Virus record (IMG/VR): IMGVR_UViG_3300014838_000020
Span: 11,390-75,389 of that record
DNA length: 64,000 nt
DNA from: a virus
Direction: 5' to 3' (one strand)
Shown: positions 29,512 to 39,605 of the stretch, in pieces
Numbering within the stretch: position 1 is the first letter of the stretch
Layout: the number at the start of each line of letters is the position of its first letter
Translations under genes and position numbers: made by a program
Notes under the pieces: model-generated
Told to the model about the DNA's origin: nothing
The model's input: the letters and a program-made list of their open reading frames with translations, nothing else
Database searches by the model: none

Positions 29512-30010
29512 CTAATTTAGAGCTAATCATCTTCCAAGCACTGAAAGAAACAAAGTATTCTAACCTCTGTTGACTAGTAGCAATCTTTGCTTTGGCTGTT
29601 CGGTCACCAGCAGTTCCAGATATTGCAGAGCGATATGATTCATAGAAGACCTTTTCATAGTTATAGTAACTAAATTGAGCCCGAAGATACCGCTTGGTAA
29701 CTTCTGCGTCTAATGACATAATAACACTTCTAAGATTCAAGGATAGGCGATCAGCTTCTTGATCTGTTAACTCCTCTGAGTTGAACCTTGCTATAATGTT
29801 TTCAGCTGGCTGTAGATACTCATGCGAGAAGTTCTCGACAATTTCCTCAATTGATTTTAGGATTTCTAGCTCTTCTGGATGGGATTCCCAGGTAAATTCT
29901 CTCTTTACCCAATCCTGTAACTCATTTTTACGGACTTCATCAACGGATTGGGGTTTCCCCATCCCTTCCAGTCCTTTAATGAACTCTAACTTTGTATCCC
30001 TTATGACCAT
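29453..30010 (-). CDS. Helical hypothetical protein (UvsY-like mediator candidate)
   Basis: Long helices with 'GTAGDRTAKAK' turn; located in recombination block. Confidence 0.35.
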   Translation of the reverse strand: MVIRDTKLEFIKGLEGMGKPQSVDEVRKNELQDWVKREFTWESHPEELEILKSIEEIVENFSHEYLQPAENIIARFNSEELTDQEADRLSLNLRSVIMSLDAEVTKRYLRAQFSYYNYEKVFYESYRSAISGTAGDRTAKAKIATSQQRLEYFVSFSAWKMISSKLDGIKESEKLITSRSYRRAK

Positions 30011-30019
30011 ATTGTTATT

Positions 30020-30229
30020 TTACTTCTTACCTTTACCAGTTAGTTTATCTCTGTCAGCTTGACGACGCTCCCGTTGTGCTTCGTAGCGAGCATCTTCTGC
30101 ATCATTATCATATTGAATTAATTCTCTACATTCTTGTACAAATTTAGAATAATCAACTGGATCTAAAAGGATACTATTGTCTTCCGTTTCAAATAGATAA
30201 TCCTGATATTTATAAGTCATTTTTGACAT
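30020..30229 (-). CDS. Hypothetical protein
   Basis: AAGGAG RBS and a promoter upstream. Confidence 0.6.
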   Translation of the reverse strand: MSKMTYKYQDYLFETEDNSILLDPVDYSKFVQECRELIQYDNDAEDARYEAQRERRQADRDKLTGKGKK

Positions 30230-30258
30230 ATTATTTGCTCCTTTTATATAGTATTACT

Positions 30259-30287
30259 ATTGTAACATTTATTACACTAATTGTCAA
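30259..30287 (-). promoter_or_regulatory. sigma70/SigA-type promoter
   Basis: TTGACA-17 nt-TACAAT in intergenic gap. Confidence 0.75.
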
Positions 30288-30291
30288 GTTA

Positions 30292-30813
30292 TTAGGGGGT
30301 TTTCCAGTTGTTTACCTCATGGGCAACTATACCTATGGCTGCTGCGTCAAATGGATCTGGAGGTAAACCAACAAATTGTTCTAATTTTGGGTGTCTAATT
30401 AGAAGTTCTTCCTTAATCTCTTTTTTGCTAACACTCTTAGTTCTACCGAGTAGTTGGGAATGCCAATAGTTAGGCGTTAAACTATTATAGAGTAGTCCCT
30501 TTTGGAAAGTAATAACCTTAAGAGTAATACATACTGCCTGTACTAACTCTCTTTGATTCATTCCCCCAAAACCAGGAGGTGTTTCCCATACTATATGAGT
30601 TACTTTATTCTTAGTAATAATGTCTTCAAACTGTGGTAATATCTCTTGAATTAAAGTATCCATATCTCCATTGAAAGAACCTTTATTTTCTTTAGTCCTA
30701 GAAGGAATTCCTTTTACAGTAAATAACTTTTTGGGCTCTCCATTGATGACAATAGCACCACCAATATTGACTGATCCAGGATCTAAAGCAAATATTACTT
30801 GACGTTTATTCAT
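30292..30813 (-). CDS. ruvC: RuvC-like Holliday junction resolvase
   Basis: IFALDPGSVNIG, IVWE, SKKEIK and DPFDAAAIG catalytic motifs. Confidence 0.85.
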   Translation of the reverse strand: MNKRQVIFALDPGSVNIGGAIVINGEPKKLFTVKGIPSRTKENKGSFNGDMDTLIQEILPQFEDIITKNKVTHIVWETPPGFGGMNQRELVQAVCITLKVITFQKGLLYNSLTPNYWHSQLLGRTKSVSKKEIKEELLIRHPKLEQFVGLPPDPFDAAAIGIVAHEVNNWKTP

Positions 30814-31067
30814 TGAGAGGCCAGCCTTTCAGATTTTGCTTTAGCCCATGTATACCGAGTTGCCCATGCTTCGCAATCCCAAGGTTCATGACCTCCGTGA
30901 CAATCGTGAGGACACCATGCAATGCCATCTTCTTCAATATCTGGTTCAGGACACGGAGTTTGACATATACAGTGACAGCAGCATCCACATTTGTAGCCAC
31001 ATGATGGGCAATAAGGAGAGCCATAATATTTTGGCATTGGTACTGGAACGTCTGGTTCTTTACTCAT
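30810..31067 (-). CDS. Small Cys/His-rich protein
   Basis: YCPSCGYKCGCCCHCIC...CPHDCHGGH; tiles between neighbours. Confidence 0.5.
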   Translation of the reverse strand: MSKEPDVPVPMPKYYGSPYCPSCGYKCGCCCHCICQTPCPEPDIEEDGIAWCPHDCHGGHEPWDCEAWATRYTWAKAKSERLASQ

Positions 31068-31809
31068 TATAAAACTTACAAATATGTCTAGCCGGACAAG
31101 TCATATATCTCTTCTCACTTCTGTCACCACAGCATCTCTTTAATTCTTTAGTATCGCCAGTACTAATAGCTACCTTCACTCTATCCCACCTGTCATATAG
31201 ATCATTAAGTGCTTTATCATCTTTTTCTACGACAATCTCATAAAGATTATGAGGATAGGCTTTTTCAATGTATAAAAGAATCATCTTCTCTGGTGCGCCT
31301 GGGCATAGATCCTGATATAATCTTAGTTGCATCGAATAATTATATCTTTCCTCAGGTTTTCTACTAGTTGATTTGATATCGACTAAGTATTCTTCCCCAT
31401 TTGGAAGACGCAATTTTAGAATATCAACTGTTCCAGAGATCATTCGTTTTTTGTCAATGAATTTTACTTCTACATCATCCATTTTGCAAAATCCAAGTTG
31501 GACTAATACACTTTCTATTACAGCATGAAGTGCAGAACCAATTTGCATCGTTAGCTTTGACGTTGGAGATAATCTTTCATTCTCTAAAAGATCATGAAAC
31601 TTCGGATGGAACTTATAGTAAAGCTGGTATTCTCCTAGTTCAGTATCACTAGATGGGTGAAACATTCCGTCGAATATTCGCTCTTTGTTAATGACACGAA
31701 TAGAGTATTCTTCCAAAAAAGAGTTATCTTTAATTAATGCCTCTTCCAGGAAAGGAATTATAACTTCCTTCTTAGCAAAGGAGGCTAGTGATCTGTCTAA
31801 GAAACTCAT
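31060..31809 (-). CDS. Cas4-like PD-(D/E)xK exonuclease
   Basis: FHPSS, GSALH, ISGTVD...VDIKS, QLRLY and C-terminal Cys cluster (CC...CPARHIC). Confidence 0.8.
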   Translation of the reverse strand: MSFLDRSLASFAKKEVIIPFLEEALIKDNSFLEEYSIRVINKERIFDGMFHPSSDTELGEYQLYYKFHPKFHDLLENERLSPTSKLTMQIGSALHAVIESVLVQLGFCKMDDVEVKFIDKKRMISGTVDILKLRLPNGEEYLVDIKSTSRKPEERYNYSMQLRLYQDLCPGAPEKMILLYIEKAYPHNLYEIVVEKDDKALNDLYDRWDRVKVAISTGDTKELKRCCGDRSEKRYMTCPARHICKFYNE

Positions 31810-31952
31810 TAGAAACCCTCAAATCCATGTGTCCACCTATAACTCTTGATTTTTGTTTTTCCACATCGTATACAGCGTTTTGTGATAGTAAACTTCTGGT
31901 TTACTGTCGGAGATGCTTCAACAAAACGCATTTTATGAAAACAGATACTCAT
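31809..31952 (-). CDS. Small 47-aa protein (not in ORF track)
   Basis: MSICFHKMRF...RCIRCGKTK...GF* with TAATG overlaps at both ends. Confidence 0.6.
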   Translation of the reverse strand: MSICFHKMRFVEASPTVNQKFTITKRCIRCGKTKIKSYRWTHGFEGF

Positions 31953-32422
31953 TATTTTGCCCTCTCGATTAAGTTAAGTAAGTCACTATTTCTAATTACT
32001 ACTAAATCTTCTTCAATATCTAAATCACGAGGGTCTAGATTAACATAGCCTCCCCATTTTGTTTTGAACTCTGTTGGTCCATAAAACCTGATTGCCAGGG
32101 CCGGAATCATTTTGTGACTCCGAACCCCAGCAATCTGTTCAACCTCTCTCCATAACTTTTTTGTTATAGAGAAAGATTCTCTTTGAGTTGATTTACATTC
32201 AAACAAAAATAGTTGTTCTTCATGAGAAGATATAGGTTGTAAATCTCCTTTTTCATCCCTAGCTCCAGAAGCACTAGTCTTGCGGAGATTAGGGAAATAA
32301 TTTGCTATATCGTTCTCATGACGATCAGACATCATTTGCTTTTTAGTTCTGCTCATCATTCTCATTAAAGTTGACATTGGATAGTGGACTAGACAATCTA
32401 GTAAATTGGCCTTCATCTTCAC
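31952..32422 (-). CDS. Hjc-like PD-(D/E)xK nuclease/resolvase (start probably about 32359)
   Basis: 'RHENDIA...SASGA..EKGD...FECKST...SFSI' archaeal-type resolvase motif. Confidence 0.7.
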   Translation of the reverse strand: MKMKANLLDCLVHYPMSTLMRMMSRTKKQMMSDRHENDIANYFPNLRKTSASGARDEKGDLQPISSHEEQLFLFECKSTQRESFSITKKLWREVEQIAGVRSHKMIPALAIRFYGPTEFKTKWGGYVNLDPRDLDIEEDLVVIRNSDLLNLIERAK

Positions 32423-32528
32423 TGAATGACTTCATCAAATCATCCACTAGTTCCTGAGGGAAAATAATATCCTTAGTTGCATTCTTCATTTTTGTTTATC
32501 CTTTATATATATTGTTTGTTGTTACTAT

Positions 32529-33653
32529 TTAAAGATCGGGGTCATTAATATCTGGCCCATCGAAAAGCTTCTTACCAAATTCACTGTCTAATTCTTCTTC
32601 TATGTCCCTATCTCTCTTCCTTCCTTGCTTGATAGCAGACCTTACATCTGCCAGTAACTCTTCCTTACGATTAGATTCTACCACAACCTTCAGTAGTTTG
32701 TCAGCACCTTGCTCCTTAAATTCTTTCCAAGAGAACCATGATCCGGCCTTCTTTACGACACCCAGTAAAATACTTATCCTATAGAGGTCGCCATCGAAGT
32801 CTATACCAACATGGTCAAGGTACTGGCTTGTCTGGTTATAAAAATCTGTCCATCCTTGAATTAGGGGTGGACCATAAGAATTCTTGAGTGTCTTAATCAT
32901 AATGGGAAATCCTACCTGCAAATCTTCACCATTCACCTTGTCAAAATATTTCTCTGTGCCTGGTCGAAGATACAAGACCACACTCATTTGATGCTTTACA
33001 GCGTGTCCTCCCGGTCTAACTAGTTGGTGGTAACCAGTTATGTCATCCCTCAACTGATTAATCATAAATATGGTCACATCAAATAGATCAGCCAATGGAC
33101 CATTGGTTTGAACACATCGTTTCATTACCGAGGCATTCCCACCAATTTTATCTTTTTTATCGGTTAGCTCTTGTTGAGAGTGAATAGTACCAGCAGCTCC
33201 AATGGAATCCCACGCAATAGCACAGAACATATCGGACTTAATCATTCTAGTCATAATGTCCGTACCTGATTCAGCATCAGCTGGTTGGATAACTATCAGA
33301 TTTTGGTCAACAACAAACCCTAGTTTTTCAGCCCATTCCTTGTTGAAACGATGTTCGATATCAATGTAGCCTACTAACCTCTCTCCCTTGTAATAATCAT
33401 AGCAGTCTTTAAGAGCAAGAACCGCCATAGTACTTTTACCACTATGTTCTTTACCAAAAATTTCGATTAGTTTACCCTCCGGCCAACCACCAATACCAAG
33501 AATATAGTCAAGGGTAGGAGAAAAGGTAGGAATAGCCTTTACATAATCGTAATCATCTCCCAATGATGCGACTGGCTTATGGGAACCTCTAGGAGTGAAA
33601 TCCTTATTAATTTCATCAATTAATTTAGTTAGTAGTTGTTTTTGATTTGCCAT
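32529..33653 (-). CDS. recA: RecA/UvsX recombinase
   Basis: GGWPEGKLIEIFGKEHSGKST, YIDIEH, WDSI, INQLRD and PGGHAVKH motifs; start placed at MANQK. Confidence 0.93.
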   Translation of the reverse strand: MANQKQLLTKLIDEINKDFTPRGSHKPVASLGDDYDYVKAIPTFSPTLDYILGIGGWPEGKLIEIFGKEHSGKSTMAVLALKDCYDYYKGERLVGYIDIEHRFNKEWAEKLGFVVDQNLIVIQPADAESGTDIMTRMIKSDMFCAIAWDSIGAAGTIHSQQELTDKKDKIGGNASVMKRCVQTNGPLADLFDVTIFMINQLRDDITGYHQLVRPGGHAVKHQMSVVLYLRPGTEKYFDKVNGEDLQVGFPIMIKTLKNSYGPPLIQGWTDFYNQTSQYLDHVGIDFDGDLYRISILLGVVKKAGSWFSWKEFKEQGADKLLKVVVESNRKEELLADVRSAIKQGRKRDRDIEEELDSEFGKKLFDGPDINDPDL

Positions 33654-33762
33654 TTTGTTTCTTTGTCTCTCCTTTAGAGATATGCTCTTGTCTATCTTTA
33701 ATAAATGCACTGGGACTGCCAAAGGTTCTTTGACAAATCGCGCAAAAGTGACTGTTCTTCAT
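33625..33762 (-). CDS. Small 45-aa protein with CxxC (zinc-finger-like; not in ORF track)
   Basis: MKNSHFCAICQRTFGSPSAF...; preceded by AGGAG/AAGGA RBS and a TTGCCA-18-TATACT promoter. Confidence 0.5.
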   Translation of the reverse strand: MKNSHFCAICQRTFGSPSAFIKDRQEHISKGETKKQNGKSKTTTN

Positions 33763-33808
33763 TTTTCCTTACTCCTAGTATACTATAGTTATACGGTACT
33801 TGGCAACC

Positions 33809-36800
33809 TTATCCATTATTTTTCAACAGATCGAGTCTCCAAATATTTTGGAGAGATAAGCCACTACTTAATTTTTCCACTTTGATAAGAACCGGAGTTC
33901 CTTGTTCTAATTTATCTTCAACCATTTTGAAGACAGATGGGAATACTACAATTTGTAGTGTGTTTACACTACTGATTTCTCCATCTTCATCTGTCTCTTC
34001 AATAAACAGACTGTCATCCTCCGGTAGATCCAACACAATCTGTGCCATCTTTTGACCAGGGTTTTTGCCCTTCTTGGTAACTAATGGTTTTATACTAGAT
34101 AATAGACCACCAACAATGACTTTCTCTCCGGTTATCATATAATCTTCACCAGCAAAGGTTGTCTCTTTTCTAATAAGATCTGTGTAACCCTGTAATGGAT
34201 TAATACTTACTAGAGAACCCAAGTTTGCTAATTCATTAGATGCTCTATTATCAAGATTTAGTTCTACTTTTAGACACTTAATTTTTGAAAGTGATCCATG
34301 ACATAGTTCACATTCAATTTTATGAGGCCTTTCATAATCAGATGCTGCTACAAGACCTTCCTTAGCTATAATGAAATCGAGTAGAGAATTAGCTGTGGTC
34401 CCACTTAACGAATCGAATGTACCAACAGATATCATTGAATACACTGCTCGTTTATTAATTCTAGTTTTAGATTTTTCTATTTTATCTACAAAATCACCCA
34501 TAGAACTAAATGGCTGTAACTGTTCTATTTTTTCTGAAGTAACTCCAGAAATAAACTTAATTGATTCTAAACCATATCGAATTGAATTACTCTTAGTAAG
34601 AGTAAACTTTCCTCCAGACTCATTAATATCTGGACCCAATACTGAGATACCCAATCTCCTAGCTTCTTTTGTATATAGTGGAGCCATTTTTGGATTTGTC
34701 CTAAAAAGTGCTGTCATATACTCATGAGGATAGTGCGTCTTTAGATAGGCACTCCAATACGTAATCATTGAATAACCAAGGGCATGACTCAGGTTAAAAG
34801 CATATTGTCCAAACTTTTCCATCTCATCAAATATACTATTCGCTAGATCGGCGTTTGTTCCGTTCGCTACAGATTTAGTTACGAAATTCGTTCGTTCGTC
34901 TTTCATCTTATCTGCTTGAGACTTACCAATGATCTTACGTAGTTTATCTGCTTCCTGTAGGGAGTAGCCAGCAATTTCTACCGCTATCTTCATGGCCTGT
35001 TCCTGATATACCAGAGTACCTAAAGTGTCACCAAGTATTGCTTTTAATTTTGGATGTTTATAAGTTACAGGAACTTTTTTATCACGCTTCTGAAGATATA
35101 ACTCAAGATAATTCAATCCGGTTTTCTCATCAATAGTTCTAGAAATACCTGGACGACATACGGAAAGCAGAGCAGCCAGTTCATCAATACTTTGTGGCTT
35201 AAATCTCTTAGAAAGACGAGATAAGTTTGAGGTTTCCAATTGGAACACCCCTAGATTATTACCACTAGAGATATCATCCCAAACTTGTTGATCCTCATAA
35301 TACTTTTCCCAATTATTTGACCAATCATAGAAATGATCTAAAACATCACCATGACGTTCTTTGATAAGTCTCATTGTTTCAGTAAGAGTAGAGAGAGTTC
35401 TGATACCCAATAGGTCAATCTTTACAAATCCAAGATCTTCCACACCATGCATATCAAACTGGGTACTGATTTCTTCTTCACCCTTTTCTGCCTTAAACCT
35501 CAATGGCAGTTTACCAATTAAACTATCCTTGCTGACAACCATACCTCCAGCATGAACACCATGATGTCTCAGATGTCCCACTGTTTTAGGCAACAGCTCA
35601 AATAGTTTTGGATATTTAACAGTCCAAGGACCAAATTCCATAGAGTAATGATCTAGTACTTGTTGCCATTCTAGATCTTTTAATAGTACCCCATCAATGT
35701 TATTTTCATTTATGACTTTTGACATCTTATTAGCATCAGCAATCGGGATATCTAATCCTCTACAAAGATCTTTAATAGCCTGCTTATGAGCCATAGTATT
35801 AAAACTTCCAATACTCGCTACAGAATTTTTACCGTATTTCGTTTCAAGATATTCTTTAACGAGATACCTTTGATCTTTAGGGACATCAATGTCGATATCT
35901 GGTAATGATACTCTTCCCACATCGAGGAACCTTTCAAAGTACAGACCATGCTTGATTGCATCTACTTCTACAATTCCTAATGCTTTAGCAACGATTGATC
36001 CAGCAACACTTCCTCGTGCAGGCCCAATTAGAATGTCATTATTTTTTGACCATTCAATAATATCTTGAACAATTAGAAAATAGCCTTGAAAACCATGATC
36101 AATAATTACACCGGTCTCATACAGAATTCTGTTCCAATATAGTTCAACTTCATCTGATGGAATATAAGGTTTAATCTTAAGGTTGAAACCTACCTCTATA
36201 TTTCTTCGAAGAACTTCAGCGTCCATTTCTTTGTCATTATAGAATAATGGCATACCATGTTGACGAGGGATATTAGCATTACACTTTTCAGCTATTAATC
36301 CAGTATTCTTAATGGCCTCATCTACAACATCATCTGGTAGATAATTAAGGCGTTGACGACTTTCTTGTTCAGAAAGCATTCCGAGTTGATTTTCTCCATA
36401 TTGAAACCTAGTACTGTCATTCATGGTTTTACCCATCTGCACAGCCGTCAGGCATTCGTGTAAATACCAGTCATCTGGATTTGTATAGTGAGAATCATTA
36501 ACGACTATTAATGGAATCGATAATCTCTTAGCTAATGCAACAGATTCTTTATTCCATCTTTCTTGAGTTTCATCCTGGTATGTATGCAGTTCTAGATAGA
36601 ATCGATCACCAAAGATAGCCTGTAACCTCGATGCATTTAATAATGCCTCTTGTGGATTAGTTAGAATATCCTTACCGATCCAACCTCCCATACACCCGCC
36701 ATCGACTATTAGTCCTTCATTATATTTTTCGAGAAGTTCCCAGTCAATTCTAGGATCATAATATTTACCTTCTAAATAAGCCAAACTACTTAGAGCCCAT

Positions 36801-37102
36801 AGATTTTCTAGACCTTTATCGTTCATGGCTACAATAACCATGTGACCAGTTGATTGTCCACGCTTTTTAGTTTTATCTCTATCAAAACGGTCTTCACACA
36901 TATATGCTTCAATACCATAGATTGGTTTGATGTCATATTGCTTTGCGTATTTTTCGAGTTCTAGATGACCACCAACTTCACCGTGGTCAGTTAAAGCTAC
37001 TGCTGAATAGTTTAATTCTTTTGCTCTCTTGACGATATCTTCAACATAAGAAATGCCATCCAAGGGGCTGTATTCACTATGATTGTGCAGCGATGCCCAC
37101 AT
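33809..37102 (-). CDS. dnaE: DNA polymerase III alpha subunit
   Basis: PHP domain LHNHSEYSPLDG/LTDHG, RGSVAGS, PDIDID, KIDLLG, YAFNLSHA, C-terminal OB fold. Confidence 0.97.
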   Translation of the reverse strand: MWASLHNHSEYSPLDGISYVEDIVKRAKELNYSAVALTDHGEVGGHLELEKYAKQYDIKPIYGIEAYMCEDRFDRDKTKKRGQSTGHMVIVAMNDKGLENLWALSSLAYLEGKYYDPRIDWELLEKYNEGLIVDGGCMGGWIGKDILTNPQEALLNASRLQAIFGDRFYLELHTYQDETQERWNKESVALAKRLSIPLIVVNDSHYTNPDDWYLHECLTAVQMGKTMNDSTRFQYGENQLGMLSEQESRQRLNYLPDDVVDEAIKNTGLIAEKCNANIPRQHGMPLFYNDKEMDAEVLRRNIEVGFNLKIKPYIPSDEVELYWNRILYETGVIIDHGFQGYFLIVQDIIEWSKNNDILIGPARGSVAGSIVAKALGIVEVDAIKHGLYFERFLDVGRVSLPDIDIDVPKDQRYLVKEYLETKYGKNSVASIGSFNTMAHKQAIKDLCRGLDIPIADANKMSKVINENNIDGVLLKDLEWQQVLDHYSMEFGPWTVKYPKLFELLPKTVGHLRHHGVHAGGMVVSKDSLIGKLPLRFKAEKGEEEISTQFDMHGVEDLGFVKIDLLGIRTLSTLTETMRLIKERHGDVLDHFYDWSNNWEKYYEDQQVWDDISSGNNLGVFQLETSNLSRLSKRFKPQSIDELAALLSVCRPGISRTIDEKTGLNYLELYLQKRDKKVPVTYKHPKLKAILGDTLGTLVYQEQAMKIAVEIAGYSLQEADKLRKIIGKSQADKMKDERTNFVTKSVANGTNADLANSIFDEMEKFGQYAFNLSHALGYSMITYWSAYLKTHYPHEYMTALFRTNPKMAPLYTKEARRLGISVLGPDINESGGKFTLTKSNSIRYGLESIKFISGVTSEKIEQLQPFSSMGDFVDKIEKSKTRINKRAVYSMISVGTFDSLSGTTANSLLDFIIAKEGLVAASDYERPHKIECELCHGSLSKIKCLKVELNLDNRASNELANLGSLVSINPLQGYTDLIRKETTFAGEDYMITGEKVIVGGLLSSIKPLVTKKGKNPGQKMAQIVLDLPEDDSLFIEETDEDGEISSVNTLQIVVFPSVFKMVEDKLEQGTPVLIKVEKLSSGLSLQNIWRLDLLKNNG

Positions 37103-37243
37103 CTTCTACTCCTTTACCTTTATTAAACAAATCCTTCTCCAACATTATCGATTTCATAATGCTTATCTTCCCATTTGCGAAGATCTTCTCGAAGTTCTCC
37201 CCATCTAGTATCTGTCATAATTCTCCTTATTGAGATATGAGAA

Positions 37244-37267
37244 CCCCAGGGATTTTACCCCCTGGGG
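37244..37267 (-). terminator. GC-rich hairpin downstream of ssb (possible terminator or attenuator)
   Basis: CCCCAGGG-N8-CCCTGGGG in an otherwise AT-rich intergenic region; only a weak U-tract. Confidence 0.5.
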
Positions 37268-37289
37268 AACTCTCTCTTTGTATTTGTAT

Positions 37290-38183
37290 TTAAACGTTTA
37301 ATTCAGACTTAAGTTTTTCTCCATAAGTATCTTCACCAATAGTTACATCATCCTCATACTCATCGTCATCTTCCCATGAGTTGGAAACAGAACTCGTAGA
37401 AGAAGTATTTGAAGTAGTATTTGAAGGCTTTTGTCCATCCTTTACAGGCTCAATCCCATGAAGGTAGCGGTCATAATATTCCTGACTGCCCATTCTCCTA
37501 AGAAGACCCTCAATGTCTGGAAGGTACTGATTGTACTTACCAAGATCATCAATGGCTTTTCCATAAGCTGGAATAACTGAGTAAGTAGTTTGAGTACCCT
37601 TACCCATACGAATAATTTCAAAATCACGGTCAGGCAAACTAAGTCCCTGATCATCCATTCTACTGGAATGGGTAGCAATTTGTCCCCAGAAGCGAATACC
37701 CTGGTTAATAATTGCTACGTATGGAGCCTTAGCATCTTTGCCGTCTAGTTCATACTCGACAATAGCATCTCGATGTTCTGGATATCTATTCTCATCAGAA
37801 CCAGCCATGACTCGAACATTACGTCCTGTCTCTTCATCCTTAGTGAACTTTGGTTCTCGCAGAACTACAACACCATAACCAACTTCTCGGCGCATAGTCT
37901 CTGGAGTTTGCTTTGAACCAAAAGGACGAGCACACAGTTCGCACTCTTGACCGAAGTTTTCTCGACAGACATAGCTTCGCTTTTTGCCATCGTGAGATTG
38001 GACAAATTCGTGGATATCTACAAAGATGATATCGTCTGCTGGAGTAAGGAACCTTACCACCTTTGCTTCGATATCTCCCCATGAGAGAAACTTGGTGGTT
38101 AATCCTTTTGAATAATCTCTATTCTGGTTGTTCAACTTTGCCATAGCATCGTTTACTACACCCATGCCTCTTTTAAGTGACAT
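37290..38183 (-). CDS. Single-stranded DNA-binding protein (gp32-like)
   Basis: 'VVRFL...HEF...C...CELC' zinc site, 'DRDFEIIRMGKGTQTTY', acidic C-terminal tail; start placed at MSLKRG. Confidence 0.75.
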   Translation of the reverse strand: MSLKRGMGVVNDAMAKLNNQNRDYSKGLTTKFLSWGDIEAKVVRFLTPADDIIFVDIHEFVQSHDGKKRSYVCRENFGQECELCARPFGSKQTPETMRREVGYGVVVLREPKFTKDEETGRNVRVMAGSDENRYPEHRDAIVEYELDGKDAKAPYVAIINQGIRFWGQIATHSSRMDDQGLSLPDRDFEIIRMGKGTQTTYSVIPAYGKAIDDLGKYNQYLPDIEGLLRRMGSQEYYDRYLHGIEPVKDGQKPSNTTSNTSSTSSVSNSWEDDDEYEDDVTIGEDTYGEKLKSELNV

Positions 38184-38277
38184 TTTTGTTACCTTTCTTT
38201 TAACTATCATATTTGATAGTATCTTTATCTCCATTTGGAGAATTGTGTGATGAGCGGTTTGCTCACCATCTAGTTCA

Positions 38278-38306
38278 ATAGTACCGTAGTATTACTAGTT
38301 TGTCAA
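38278..38306 (-). promoter_or_regulatory. Promoter for ssb
   Basis: TTGACA-17 nt-TACTAT. Confidence 0.7.
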
Positions 38307-38323
38307 GTACCTTATTAGAAAAT

Positions 38324-38572
38324 CTAAACATCTGTATACATTGGATCGAGCATTGTAACTCGTTGTCCGGCATCGGTTTCCCAAATCATCGTATAGTTTT
38401 TACCATCACCTAAAGGTCGGGTAACAGAAGTTACTGTCCATATTTTGCGACACTTCTTGCATTCCCAAGTACTCCCTATATCAACTATTCTAGTTCTGCG
38501 AGAAACACCGGGAATTTTACAGTGATGAGGTTTCCTTTTTTTTGGCTTCAGACATCTTCTTTTTAGTCTCAT
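38324..38572 (-). CDS. Small basic hypothetical protein
   Basis: WECKKCRKIW motif. Confidence 0.5.
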   Translation of the reverse strand: MRLKRRCLKPKKRKPHHCKIPGVSRRTRIVDIGSTWECKKCRKIWTVTSVTRPLGDGKNYTMIWETDAGQRVTMLDPMYTDV

Positions 38573-38595
38573 CGGAATGTTTTCTAACCACCTAT

Positions 38596-39600
38596 TTACC
38601 TCTTTTTATAGTAGCCAAAACTATACTCTAAATATCCCAATGATTCCGGAATAAAATCTAATGAAGCTGGGTCTTCTCCGTCAGGGGTAGTTATAGCTCT
38701 TACCCTCGTATAATCCTTTAATCCGTCTAAAATGACATTACAACCATTTTGTCCTGCACTATCTCCATCGAAAAATACGCTAACATTATCAAATCTTCTT
38801 AAAAGGATTAATTGTTCTTTTGAGACAGATGCACCGAACGAGGCTACTACATCGTTGATACCTCTGGACTTTAACACTAGAACACTCATTGGGCTTTCGA
38901 CAACATAACAGTGATTATTATCAACAATATTATTAAGATTATACAACGAATACTTACGAGGGAAACCCCTCGTATTTCTATATTTTGCCACATTTTGGGT
39001 ATCATCTAATCTCCTTGATACCCATCCTACTAGATCATTATCAATAAAATGGGGTAGTACATTACGTTGTACTTTTATGATTTCTTTAGATTTATCTCGT
39101 TCATATCCTGGATCTAATATACCAGTTTTCATTTCTTTTTGAACCTCATATGAAACTCCACGCTCTAATAAATACTCAGATGGTTGAATCCATTCATCTA
39201 AGATTCTCTCTGAATATCGTGGAATTAATAGTTCTTTTGGTAAACCTTTATCTTTTAATAATTTATCTAATTTAACTATAAATTGTTCAACCGGAATTGG
39301 TTGTAATGCTTCCGAATAGTTTTTAATCTTGTTAATAGCATCATTTTTAGAAAGATCTAGAACATTTTGAACAAGCCATATAATTGTTCCACCACCGCAG
39401 GTAAAACAATTGAATAAAAGTGTATCTTTATTCAGACTTGCAGAAGGATTTTGATCACCATGAGCATGAAGCCCAAAATTTAGTGTACAAGAGTGTAAAA
39501 TCTCATTATTATTAATCTGTAGATTTTTGGCACCCAATAGATCTTCTAATAGATTTTCAACATCTAAACCTGGGAATACATCATTTAAATAATTATTCAT
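38596..39600 (-). CDS. dnaG: DNA primase (zinc finger + TOPRIM)
   Basis: C...H..D..PS...FNCFTCGG zinc domain; VVESPMS and FFDGDSAG TOPRIM motifs. Confidence 0.9.
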   Translation of the reverse strand: MNNYLNDVFPGLDVENLLEDLLGAKNLQINNNEILHSCTLNFGLHAHGDQNPSASLNKDTLLFNCFTCGGGTIIWLVQNVLDLSKNDAINKIKNYSEALQPIPVEQFIVKLDKLLKDKGLPKELLIPRYSERILDEWIQPSEYLLERGVSYEVQKEMKTGILDPGYERDKSKEIIKVQRNVLPHFIDNDLVGWVSRRLDDTQNVAKYRNTRGFPRKYSLYNLNNIVDNNHCYVVESPMSVLVLKSRGINDVVASFGASVSKEQLILLRRFDNVSVFFDGDSAGQNGCNVILDGLKDYTRVRAITTPDGEDPASLDFIPESLGYLEYSFGYYKKR

Positions 39601-39605
39601 ATTTA

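Noticed and set aside
31060-31809. CRISPR-Cas locus suggested by the Cas4-like gene
   Set aside because: No repeat-spacer array or other cas genes seen; solo Cas4-like nucleases are common in phage recombination blocks
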